From: an uncultured Gammaproteobacteria bacterium
Lineage (GTDB): Bacteria; Patescibacteriota; Microgenomatia; UBA12405
Assembly: GCA_964448705.1 (NCBI GenBank)
Contig: CAYUZS010000002.1
Span: forward strand, 1,729 to 47,576
Length of the DNA stretch: 45,848 nucleotides
Direction: 5' to 3'
The notes under the pieces are model-generated. The model worked only from the letters and a program-made list of their open reading frames with translations, searched no databases and was not told where the DNA came from. The position numbers and the translations under genes were made by a program. This document shows, in pieces, positions 34,590-43,272 of the stretch. How positions within the stretch are numbered: position 1 is the first letter of the stretch; each line of letters opens with the position of its first letter.

Positions 34590-37121
34590 ATGTTAAAAAT
34601 GTTACAAAAATTATTATTAACATTTTTATTTGTTTTCTTTCTGATTTTACCAAAAATAACGCTTGCTTCTGAATATCTGTATAATGATGAATTCAATAAC
34701 TTTGACTATGAAAAGTGGTCATTTAACCAAAATGAAGGTTCTTTTGAAATTGATAATGGAATAATTACACTCGATAGTCATCTTGGTTCTTTTCCTGTCA
34801 TGTATAGTAAATTTCAAAACGTATTCACTTCATCTGGAAAAAACACTCTTGATGTACGTTTTAAATATAATAGCTATGGTTCTATGGGTGATGGAATAAG
34901 TATTGGTTATACAGGAGATACTATTTATCCGTATTATCAATTTTCTCTTTGGAGAGATTTATGGCCAGTGTTTTCATATAATGATTTTAATAAGGCAAAG
35001 TATTCTTACTGTACAAAATTTGAACCATGGAAGGATATTGACGATAGAGTAAACGTCACATTAAACAATAATGATAATGATTGGCATGTTTTAACAATTA
35101 ATAAAATAAATTCTTGGTATCAGATATTTATTGATAAAGACACGAACCCCACTCCTATATATAGTGCTTATGGTAATCAGTGTGTACCCCAAAATATAAT
35201 AATTGGAAATCCACTTTCAGGTGGTAGTACTAATTGGAACTCAATATCAATAGATTATGTCAGATCTTACGATACGGATAATCCACCACCAACTCCAACC
35301 GTCATTGAAACCCCTACTCCAACTCCAACTCCAACTTTGACACCAACATCAACTCCTACTCCAATACCAACTTTAACACCGACGATGACACCAACATCAA
35401 CTCCCACACCTACTCCAACCCTAACACCAACCCCAAAAAGAAAAATCATTATTATTCCCGGTCTTGGAGCAAGTTGGAACTCGGAGGCAATGGTTTTTAA
35501 TACCGAGGTAGAAGATGACCAATGGAAAATGACTCCGTTTGTAAATAATTATCAGCTTTTAATCGACACATTGAAATATAATGGATTGGTCGAAGGACAG
35601 GATTTTTATGTTTGGAATTATGACTGGAGAAAACCTATAAGCCAAATAGTTGGTAGACTGGACAATTTTATAAACAAAAATATTTTATCCGGTGAGAAGG
35701 TGGTCTTAATCGGTCATAGTTTGGGCGGAGTAACTGCCCGATTGTGGTCACAAAATCACCTATCTGATGATCGTTTAGATAAAGTGTTTAGTTTGGGAGG
35801 TCCACAGCTTGGAGCGATTGATGCTTATGATGTTTGGAATGGTGTTCAAATTCCTCAACGGGATTTGGTTTCCAACGCTGCCATAAATTTACTTCTAGCA
35901 TTACAAAGCCAAAATCAATTAAGCAGGCTGGAAACGTTAAGAAGCTATGCTCCGGTGCTAAAAGATTTAATGCCGACATTTGATTTTGTAAAGAAAAACG
36001 GAGTGATCGTGAATATAAACAATTTGAAAAGTAAGAACGATTATTTGATTAATGAAAACAAAAATATTTCCAGCTTAAACGATAATTATTTACCTATAGT
36101 AGGAGTCGGAGTTTCAACGAAGGAATATATAAATTTGGGAAAACAAAGCATTTTTAGTAGATTAACCGGTTTATGGCCGGACGGCGATCCGGTCGGTTAT
36201 ATTCGGGGCAATGGTGATGGAACGGTGATATATAAAAGTGCGGCATTCGGAAAAACACCGTTTGAGATTAACTCTAACCATGGTGAAATAGTTGATAAAT
36301 CGATAAGTGAAATTGTCAGAGAAATCAACTTAAATAATTACGGTGAGAGTAACTTTAAGGAGGCGGATTTAAGCGGGAAAATGTTATTTTTTATCGGTTC
36401 TCCGGCATATATGTCGGCTGACTGCGGATTGGGGGTGACAAAAGTCTCTGATGAGTTGGGTTTTATAGAAATGAGTGCTGAAAATAAACCGTGTAATGTA
36501 AAAGTGACGGCAATTGGTAATGGCGGTACTTATCATTTGGTAACCGGAAAAATCGGTGAAGAAAAAAGTTGGCAATATTTTGAAACAGAAATCAATTCAG
36601 GTGAAAGCGATGTGTTAATTTTGGATGGAAAAACAGGAGAACCTATAGACAAGAAAAATGATGACTATTGGTATAAATTGTTGATCAGAGAAATAAATCA
36701 GTTATTAAAAAAATATCCGAATAACAATCATTTGAAAACGGCTAAAGAGTCGGCGATCAGAAAAAATTTGTTAATGACAATAAATAGAGTTTTTGAATTT
36801 AGAAGAGAAAACAAGGAAATAGTGATTACAAACAGAATGATTGATTATTTTAAAGAATTGTTGATTAGTAAATATTCACGGGTAGATAGACCAAGTACAA
36901 AATATGTGTGGAATACGGTTAGCGGCAGCAGAAAAAAGATAGACACTTGGATGGAGATGTATTGGAAGCTCGGTTGGAAACCGTCGAGAATGATGATGGT
37001 TGATTATCAAAAGATTGGAGATCTTGGAGAAGAGGGAAACGAAGCTTGGAATTCAGGAAATAATGCCAGCGCTTATGCGAATTCACTATTAATGTCCTAT
37101 CTTATGGAGAGGTTTTGGTAG
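34590..37121 (+). CDS. secreted multidomain alpha/beta-hydrolase, LCAT/lipase-like, with an N-terminal lectin-like domain and a Pro/Thr linker
   Basis: 843 aa. Signal peptide; beta-rich N-domain of about 200 aa; PT linker (aa 232-282); IIIPGLGASWN, YVWNYDWRKPI (LCAT-family YDWR) and nucleophile elbow GHSLGG (35712-35729). Confidence 0.6.
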   Translation: MLKMLQKLLLTFLFVFFLILPKITLASEYLYNDEFNNFDYEKWSFNQNEGSFEIDNGIITLDSHLGSFPVMYSKFQNVFTSSGKNTLDVRFKYNSYGSMGDGISIGYTGDTIYPYYQFSLWRDLWPVFSYNDFNKAKYSYCTKFEPWKDIDDRVNVTLNNNDNDWHVLTINKINSWYQIFIDKDTNPTPIYSAYGNQCVPQNIIIGNPLSGGSTNWNSISIDYVRSYDTDNPPPTPTVIETPTPTPTPTLTPTSTPTPIPTLTPTMTPTSTPTPTPTLTPTPKRKIIIIPGLGASWNSEAMVFNTEVEDDQWKMTPFVNNYQLLIDTLKYNGLVEGQDFYVWNYDWRKPISQIVGRLDNFINKNILSGEKVVLIGHSLGGVTARLWSQNHLSDDRLDKVFSLGGPQLGAIDAYDVWNGVQIPQRDLVSNAAINLLLALQSQNQLSRLETLRSYAPVLKDLMPTFDFVKKNGVIVNINNLKSKNDYLINENKNISSLNDNYLPIVGVGVSTKEYINLGKQSIFSRLTGLWPDGDPVGYIRGNGDGTVIYKSAAFGKTPFEINSNHGEIVDKSISEIVREINLNNYGESNFKEADLSGKMLFFIGSPAYMSADCGLGVTKVSDELGFIEMSAENKPCNVKVTAIGNGGTYHLVTGKIGEEKSWQYFETEINSGESDVLILDGKTGEPIDKKNDDYWYKLLIREINQLLKKYPNNNHLKTAKESAIRKNLLMTINRVFEFRRENKEIVITNRMIDYFKELLISKYSRVDRPSTKYVWNTVSGSRKKIDTWMEMYWKLGWKPSRMMMVDYQKIGDLGEEGNEAWNSGNNASAYANSLLMSYLMERFW
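35283..35435 (+). repeat. low-complexity Pro/Thr-coding repeat (interdomain linker)
   Basis: Imperfect ACNCCN reiterations encoding PTPTVIETPTPTPTPTLTPTSTPTPIPTLTPTMTPTSTPTPTPTLTPTP. Confidence 0.9.
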
Positions 37122-37136
37122 TGTATAATTGGTTGA

Positions 37137-37208
37137 GGCTGCTTGGCTCAGTGGTAGAGCGTTCCATTCACATTGGAAAGGTCAGTGGTTCGATCCCACT
37201 AGCGGCCA
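37137..37208 (+). tRNA. tRNA-Val (anticodon CAC)
   Basis: GGCTGCT/AGCGGCC acceptor, anticodon loop TTCACAT, T arm AGTGG-TTCGATC-CCACT, discriminator A. Confidence 0.85.
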
Positions 37209-37230
37209 CAACAATGTTAAACTGTAAATT

Positions 37231-37821
37231 ATGATAAATAATTTAAAATCTCAGGCTGGATTTTCGATCGGCAGTTTTATTTTAGAATTTGTACAGTCGA
37301 TAGTTTTGGCTTTATCGGTGTTTGTACTTTTGTATTTATTTGTTGCTCAGCCAAACGAAGTAAAAGGTAGTTCTATGCTGCCAAATTTTGTTGACGGTGA
37401 GTACCTATTAACGGATAAATTAAGCTATCAATTCGGAGAACCGCAACGAGGCGATGTAGTTATATTTAAAGCACCAGCAAGCGAACCATGTTCTGCTGAG
37501 GAATGCGAATATATTAAAAGAGTAATCGGTATTCCCGGAGACAAAGTACTGGTTAAGGATGGCAAGGTTTTTCTTAACGGGATAATGCTGACAGAATCGT
37601 ATTTGTCTGAGGAAACAGTGACCGATGCAGGTGAATTTAGTGTTGAAGGTGTCGAAAAAACTGTACCTGAAGGCTATTATCTGTGTTTTGGTGATAACCG
37701 CGGTCATTCCCGTGACGGTAGAGTGTTTGGGCCGATCAAAAGAGAACTGATTATCGGAAAAGCTTTTTTTAAATACTGGCCGGTATCATCGATCGGATTG
37801 ACTCCAAAAACAACTATCTAG
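37231..37821 (+). CDS. lepB: signal peptidase I
   Basis: GSSMLPN (Ser), RGDVVIF, IKRVIGIPGD (Lys), GDNRGHSRDGR boxes. Confidence 0.85.
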   Translation: MINNLKSQAGFSIGSFILEFVQSIVLALSVFVLLYLFVAQPNEVKGSSMLPNFVDGEYLLTDKLSYQFGEPQRGDVVIFKAPASEPCSAEECEYIKRVIGIPGDKVLVKDGKVFLNGIMLTESYLSEETVTDAGEFSVEGVEKTVPEGYYLCFGDNRGHSRDGRVFGPIKRELIIGKAFFKYWPVSSIGLTPKTTI

Positions 37822-37822
37822 A

Positions 37823-38665
37823 TTATTCCTGTTTACTGATTTCCTGGTGACATATCTCTTTATAGAGACTTTTTAGGTTGTCAAATCTGTGGTCAATGGA
37901 ACCTTTGAATTCGATGGTAACTCTGGTGACAGTGTTGGTTTGGGTGATTTTAACATCGGTGGTTTTGTCTTTAAAAAATGATTTGATATCAGTGGAGATA
38001 TTATCGAGATGAGACTTTAAAAATTGGGGAAGGTTTTCTTTGGTAATGGGAACATCACCCTCTTCGATTTTTTTTCTCATTCTTCTGGCTATTTCTTCTG
38101 CCCGTCGAACTGAGGCTTTTTCTTTAATGACAATTTTATAAGCTTCGATCATTAAACGGGAATCGCCAATACTGGAAAGAGCCCGGGCATGGCCTTCAGT
38201 GATTAAGCCGGAAAGTAAACCGTCTTTTAAAGCGTCGGGAAGAGTGAGAAGCTTTAAAACGTTGATGACGTAAGGAACACTTTTACTGACCTTTTTGGCG
38301 ATACCAACGTGATCAAGATTAAATTCTTCTTTAAGTCTTAAAAAGGCTTTGGCTCTTTCGATAGGGTTAAGATCTTTTCTCTGAACGTTTTCGACAATGG
38401 CCATTTCCAACATTTGTTGGGGAGATGTTTTTTTGACAATAGCCGGGACATAGGCTAATTTTAAAATTCTAGCTGCCCGCCAACGTCTTTCACCGGCAAT
38501 GATTTGAAATCCAGCCGGGGTTTGAGCGACGATAAGCGGTTCGAGAATACCGTGTTCCCGGATCGATTCAACTAATTCGGAAACTGAATCAGCACTAATG
38601 ATGCCCCGTGGCTGCAGAGGGTTTGGTTCAAGCTGATTTGTGGGCAATTGAGCAACATCTTTCAT
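37823..38665 (-). CDS. parB: ParB/Spo0J chromosome partitioning protein
   Basis: 280 aa. LEPNPLQPRG, GILEPLIV, IIAGERRWRAA, HTH region. No parA is adjacent in the window. Confidence 0.85.
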   Translation of the reverse strand: MKDVAQLPTNQLEPNPLQPRGIISADSVSELVESIREHGILEPLIVAQTPAGFQIIAGERRWRAARILKLAYVPAIVKKTSPQQMLEMAIVENVQRKDLNPIERAKAFLRLKEEFNLDHVGIAKKVSKSVPYVINVLKLLTLPDALKDGLLSGLITEGHARALSSIGDSRLMIEAYKIVIKEKASVRRAEEIARRMRKKIEEGDVPITKENLPQFLKSHLDNISTDIKSFFKDKTTDVKITQTNTVTRVTIEFKGSIDHRFDNLKSLYKEICHQEISKQE

Positions 38666-38671
38666 GGAAAA

Positions 38672-38680
38672 AGATTACCA
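38672..38680 (-). promoter_or_regulatory. extended -10 TGG-TAATCT, then 6 nt, then parB ATG (leaderless geometry)
   Basis: Minus strand reads TGGTAATCT-TTTTCC-ATG. Confidence 0.4.
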
Positions 38681-38734
38681 TGAAAACCCGTCGTGAAAAA
38701 AGAGAGATGAACTGTGCCAGAATAGGTCAATTAT

Positions 38735-38986
38735 TTAAGCTTTGACAACTGAAACGAATTTTTTACCTAGTTTAGTGATGAATTTGACAATTCCCGGCCT
38801 GATAGCGTAGACAGTGTAGTCTTTACCATATTTTGTACCTTCACCGGCATGAAATTTAGAACCAACCTGACGGACAATAATTTGGCCGACGGAAACTTTT
38901 TGATCACCAAAAAGTTTTACTCCCCGCCTCTGTCCGGGACGGTTTGATTTCTGATTAGTTTTTCCTTGTGATTTGGTATGTGCCAT
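38735..38986 (-). CDS. rpmA: 50S ribosomal protein L27
   Basis: MAHTKSQGKT...GVKLFGDQ.V..GQIIVRQ.G.KFHAG..T..GKD.T.YA...G.VKF. Confidence 0.9.
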   Translation of the reverse strand: MAHTKSQGKTNQKSNRPGQRRGVKLFGDQKVSVGQIIVRQVGSKFHAGEGTKYGKDYTVYAIRPGIVKFITKLGKKFVSVVKA

Positions 38987-38999
38987 AGGTTATAAAAAG

Positions 39000-39314
39000 T
39001 TAAAGTTTAATTTTAGTGATTTTAATATCAGTAAGCTGAGGTCTGAAACCCTGAGTTTTTCGGTAACGGGACTTTGATTTGTATTTAAAGACTTTTAATT
39101 TATCACCCTGATAGTTTTTCAAAACTTCGTAATCAACAGAAGCATCTTTAACATTGGGCTGACCGACGGAAATCTTGTCGCCGTCGACGGTTAAAAGGAC
39201 ATCGGTTATTGATCCGGTTTTCTTTTCATCAAGACCGAGTTTATCAATAGTGATAACTTGATTTTCTTCAACTTTGATTTGAGTGCCGGAAATGGCAATA
39301 ATGGCGTATTTCAT
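39000..39314 (-). CDS. rplU: 50S ribosomal protein L21
   Basis: MKYAIIAISGTQIKVEEN... typical L21 N-terminus. Start trimmed to the second ATG. Immediately upstream of rpmA. Confidence 0.85.
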   Translation of the reverse strand: MKYAIIAISGTQIKVEENQVITIDKLGLDEKKTGSITDVLLTVDGDKISVGQPNVKDASVDYEVLKNYQGDKLKVFKYKSKSRYRKTQGFRPQLTDIKITKIKL

Positions 39315-39347
39315 ACTTGGGAAGTATATCATAAACTGTTTATTTAT

Positions 39348-40346
39348 CTAAGAGGAAAAGATGATACCCAAAGAAAACATTAAAGTCATAATCGAAGAGC
39401 CACCGACAGACAAAAAAGGCAGCGGAATACCTGTAACCGGTAAGATTCCAATATTCATGCCGATATTAATAAACGATTGAGCCCAGATTTGAAATGCAAT
39501 ACCAAGAGTAAATAAAAATAACTGACGATCCTGACTGATAGTAAAGGCTTTGTTAAATAGGGTTTTAATTAATAAAAAATATGCAGCCAAAATTAATGAG
39601 GCTCCGGCTAAACCCAGTTCTTCGGTGGTGGCGGCAAACATAAAATCAGTGTGTTTTTCCGGGAGAAACAACAATTGTCCCTGACTCCCCTTTTTGTAAC
39701 CCTTACCCCATATACCGCCGGAACCAATAGCAATTTTTGACTGGATAACATTGTAACCTCTACCCAAAGGATCATTTTGAGGTTCAAGAAAGTTAATAAT
39801 ACGATTACGTTGATAATCATGAAAAGCGAAACGCCAGATCAGAGGAGAAAACAAAACTAAAACGATTCCAATAATGACGGATATTTTGGCTAGTTTTTTG
39901 TTATAGAGAATAATGGGAATTAAAAGCATTAGAACAGTGATGGCGCTACCTAAATCCGGTTGCAGGGCGATGATGCCAATCGGAATAAGAATCAGTAGTG
40001 GAAAATTGGTATTAACTAAAAACAACATCAGCCAGGGTTTAACTAATTCTGATGGTTGAAGAGTACCGATTCCGACATCGATCCATCTACGGGAGCCTCT
40101 GGTGATATTATTCAACAAGATAGGCAAAAATAGTGCTATGCAGGACATTACAAAAATAAAAATCTTGGATGAAACTATCTGGCGAGGATTGATTTGAGTG
40201 CCGATTACAAAAAGAACAATACCAATTAACCAGGAAACTAATTGTTTAACCAGCAATTGCGGGGCCAGAGAACTGATCATCAGAATGTTCAGACAAAAAA
40301 GTATCCCTAAACTGATAGCAACCGGTAACCAAAAGTTTTTCGACAT
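39348..40346 (-). CDS. SEDS family protein (FtsW/RodA/SpoVE)
   Basis: 332 aa, about 9 TM helices. QPSELVK, GSGGIWGKG, LPEKHTDFMFA, GILPVTGIPLPFLSVGGSS motifs. Confidence 0.8.
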   Translation of the reverse strand: MSKNFWLPVAISLGILFCLNILMISSLAPQLLVKQLVSWLIGIVLFVIGTQINPRQIVSSKIFIFVMSCIALFLPILLNNITRGSRRWIDVGIGTLQPSELVKPWLMLFLVNTNFPLLILIPIGIIALQPDLGSAITVLMLLIPIILYNKKLAKISVIIGIVLVLFSPLIWRFAFHDYQRNRIINFLEPQNDPLGRGYNVIQSKIAIGSGGIWGKGYKKGSQGQLLFLPEKHTDFMFAATTEELGLAGASLILAAYFLLIKTLFNKAFTISQDRQLFLFTLGIAFQIWAQSFINIGMNIGILPVTGIPLPFLSVGGSSIMTLMFSLGIIFSS

Positions 40347-40355
40347 TAATCAATT

Positions 40356-43145
40356 CTAGCCTATTTTTTCTATCCTGAGTTCGTCTGATTTCTCTATTGA
40401 ATCTGCTAAAGTTTTACTCATAATTTCTTTTTCCAGCGATTCAGGCCAGCTTGGAGCCAGAATTTTGATATGGTCTTTAACTTCCAGTCCGGCTTCACGA
40501 CGAAGAACCTGAACACTCCGAACGAAATCCCGGTATTCACCTTCAGCGATCAATTCAGGAGTTAAAACAGTGTCTAGAACAATCTGGGGAATATTAGTGC
40601 CAGTGGTGTCGATGATGACAGACTTAATATTTGTTTCCGAGGCGATGACGGCTATTAACTCATCGTTTAATTTGGCGCTGGTTTTAATGGTGACTTTAGC
40701 CAGAGGTTGACGGATTTTAAGACCTTCTTTTTGTCTTTCAGCATGAATTAACTGACACAATTGTCTGACTTTAGACATTTGTTTTTCAAGATCGATGTTG
40801 ATCAACTTGACGTCTGATACCGGCCAATTTTGAGTGTGAACAGTAACATTGGAGCCGGTCATTTCATTTCCGGATAAGTTTTGGAAAAGCATTTCACTGT
40901 AAAAAGGAATAAAAGGCGATAAGGTGACGACCAATTGGTGAAAAATATAATTTAACAATCCAAAATTATCGATGCGGTCCCGATTTCGTCGAATATACCA
41001 AGTGGATAAATCAGAAACAAACTCCTCCAGAGATTTAGTGGCGGCAGCAGTGCTATATTTTTCCACGGTATTAGTGACTATTTTTATAGTGGAGTGAAGA
41101 CGGGAAATGATCCATTGGTCGAGAATATCAGTGGCGGAAGAAGGATCGAAGTTTTCGGTCGGCTGCCAGTTTTCTAAGTTGGCATGCTGAGTGAAAAAGC
41201 GATAAGAATTCCATAGAATTAACAAAAACTCTCTTTTAACCTGATCGGCAATGTTAAATCCAAAATTAACATTAGCGGAAGGTTTTTGCTGGCAATACAT
41301 CCAGCGCATAGCATCGGCACCCATTTTAGTGACGGCATCATCATAAGGAATACCATTTTTTTTGGTTTTACTCATTCTTTCACCTTTTTCATCACGAACT
41401 TCACCATGGGTAACGACAACTTTGTAGGGAGGTACGTCTTCAAAGGTAACACTGAAGAACAGCATGGAATAAAACCAGAGTCTTACCTGCTCAACCATTT
41501 CCAACACCATATCGGCAGGGAACCATTTTTGCCAGTAAGATTTATCTTCTAAATATTTCAGAGTAGAAAAAGGAACAACTCCGGCGTCCAACCAAACATC
41601 ACCGACATCGGTAATCCGGGAAATATCATGACCGCAGTGAGGACATTTTATTTTGATGTCGTCAATCCAGGGACGATGCAGCGAAGGAAGTTTATCAATA
41701 AGTTCCGGGTTAACGGCTTTTTCTTTTAATTCTTCCAAACTGCCGATGACCGTCAATTCGCCACAATCACATTGATAAAAAGGAAGAGCCAAACCATAAA
41801 AACGTTTACGGTTAATCATCCAATCTTCCATGTTATCCAACCAATTTTGCATCCGACGGCCGGCATATTTTGGATGCCAATTAACTTTTTTGGCGGCTTC
41901 TTTTAACAAAGGCCGGATTTCATCTGATTTAATAAACCAAGAGTCTTCGAGACGGAAAAGACATTTGGTTTTACAACGCCAACAATGCGGATAGCGATGA
42001 GTTATAGATTCGGTTTTGAACAGAGAGCCAATACTTTTTAAATAATCAAATACCATTGGGGCAACATCATGAGCATATTTCCCACTTAATTCGCCGTAGC
42101 CTTCAAGAAAATGACCACTTTCATCAAGCGGAGCAAGAGCATCGGCGTTTAGTTTTTTACCAAGTTCAAAATCTTCCTGACCACAGCCAGGGGCGATATG
42201 AACAACTCCGGAACCGTCGGTGTCGGAAACCATTTCCCAATCGGTGAGATAGTGTTTGACATTTTTCTGAGCGGGAATATCGTAGAGGGATTCGTATTCC
42301 AGATTTAATAAACTTTTCGGATCGATGATTTGGTAGTCTGTCAGACCAAGACGATCGGCGGCATTTTTACCCAAATATACTTTTTGGCCGTCGAGATTGG
42401 CACAGACATATTCAAAATTAGTATTGATAGCTAATAAAACATTGGCGGAAAGAGTCCAAGGAGTAGTTGTCCAAGCTAAAACATATTCCTGCCGATTTTT
42501 CAGTTTAAATTTTAAGAAAACTGAAGTATCCGTATCTTCCTGATAACCATCGGCCTCTTCATGTTGAGAAAGACCTGTTTCGCATCGGGGACACCAGGTG
42601 GTGGCGCTTTTCTTTTTAATCAGCCAACCTTTTTGATGAACGATTTGCAAAAAATGCCAAATATACAGATTATTGGTGCGGGAATTGGTGTAATACGAAT
42701 TTTCCCAATCCATAAACATTCCTAAACGTTTAGATTGTTCGGTTTGGATTTGAGAATATTTATCAATCCTGGCAAGACAAGTTTTGGTGAAATTTTCCAA
42801 TCCAAAATTTTGAATGTCTTTTTTAGAATTAAAACCAGCCTCTTTTTCCACCTCGACTTCTACCCACAAACCCTGGCAATCGAAACCGTTTTGAAATCTT
42901 TGGGCGAAACCTTGGGCATTTTTGAAACGCTGAAATAAATCTTTGAGTGTTCGGCCGCGGGCATGATGAACGCCCATGGGATTGTTGGCAGTAATAGGAC
43001 CGTCAATAAAAGAAAAAGTTTGAGAAGATTCGTCGTTTCGGTGGAGATATTGGGATACTATGTCCTGACTGTACCACCAATTTAAGATTTGAGTTTCTAA
43101 CTCCGGAAAGTTCGGGTTTTGAGGAAGATCTTTGAAGAATGCCAT
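40356..43145 (-). CDS. ileS: isoleucine--tRNA ligase
   Basis: 929 aa. HIGH-type motif PMGVHHARG, editing-domain TTPWTL, WCPRCETGLS, KMSKS variant RMSKTKKNG, zinc-finger-like CPHCGH. Confidence 0.85.
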   Translation of the reverse strand: MAFFKDLPQNPNFPELETQILNWWYSQDIVSQYLHRNDESSQTFSFIDGPITANNPMGVHHARGRTLKDLFQRFKNAQGFAQRFQNGFDCQGLWVEVEVEKEAGFNSKKDIQNFGLENFTKTCLARIDKYSQIQTEQSKRLGMFMDWENSYYTNSRTNNLYIWHFLQIVHQKGWLIKKKSATTWCPRCETGLSQHEEADGYQEDTDTSVFLKFKLKNRQEYVLAWTTTPWTLSANVLLAINTNFEYVCANLDGQKVYLGKNAADRLGLTDYQIIDPKSLLNLEYESLYDIPAQKNVKHYLTDWEMVSDTDGSGVVHIAPGCGQEDFELGKKLNADALAPLDESGHFLEGYGELSGKYAHDVAPMVFDYLKSIGSLFKTESITHRYPHCWRCKTKCLFRLEDSWFIKSDEIRPLLKEAAKKVNWHPKYAGRRMQNWLDNMEDWMINRKRFYGLALPFYQCDCGELTVIGSLEELKEKAVNPELIDKLPSLHRPWIDDIKIKCPHCGHDISRITDVGDVWLDAGVVPFSTLKYLEDKSYWQKWFPADMVLEMVEQVRLWFYSMLFFSVTFEDVPPYKVVVTHGEVRDEKGERMSKTKKNGIPYDDAVTKMGADAMRWMYCQQKPSANVNFGFNIADQVKREFLLILWNSYRFFTQHANLENWQPTENFDPSSATDILDQWIISRLHSTIKIVTNTVEKYSTAAATKSLEEFVSDLSTWYIRRNRDRIDNFGLLNYIFHQLVVTLSPFIPFYSEMLFQNLSGNEMTGSNVTVHTQNWPVSDVKLINIDLEKQMSKVRQLCQLIHAERQKEGLKIRQPLAKVTIKTSAKLNDELIAVIASETNIKSVIIDTTGTNIPQIVLDTVLTPELIAEGEYRDFVRSVQVLRREAGLEVKDHIKILAPSWPESLEKEIMSKTLADSIEKSDELRIEKIG

Positions 43146-43160
43146 AGTGTATTTTAATAT

Positions 43161-43184
43161 AAAAAATCCCGCAGGTGCGGGATT
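43161..43184 (-). terminator. intrinsic terminator AATCCCGC-ACCT-GCGGGATT plus T run, 15 nt upstream of the ileS ATG
   Basis: Read directly on the minus strand. It lies between a -10 element (43264-43272) and ileS. Confidence 0.6.
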
Positions 43185-43220
43185 GATGTAGCTGCGTCTC
43201 CGAAATGAATCGGATAGCAG

Positions 43221-43253
43221 CTAGATAATAATTATTTTTTGGGTAGTGCCCAT
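43221..43253 (-). promoter_or_regulatory. candidate ileS leader peptide ORF MGTTQKIIII* (four consecutive Ile codons ATA ATT ATT ATC)
   Basis: ATG 43253..43251, TAG 43223..43221. The stop codon is the first 3 nt of hairpin TAGCTGC...GCAGCTA (43189-43223). Confidence 0.4.
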
Positions 43254-43263
43254 AAGATGATAA

Positions 43264-43272
43264 ATTATAGCA
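43264..43272 (-). promoter_or_regulatory. extended -10 TGC-TATAAT, 10 nt upstream of the leader ATG
   Basis: Abuts the stop codon of the upstream ORF. Same architecture as 43594..43602. Confidence 0.4.

Noticed and set aside
35267-35449. 60-aa antisense ORF made of GV repeats
   Set aside because: It is the reverse-strand reading of the Pro/Thr linker repeat of the lipase gene, a low-complexity artefact.
43146-43272. T-box riboswitch upstream of ileS
   Set aside because: Only 127 nt are available, against about 200-300 nt for a T-box leader. There is no T-box consensus (AANNNGGGUGGNACCGCG) and no Stem I, specifier-loop or AG-bulge architecture. The leader-peptide model fits better.
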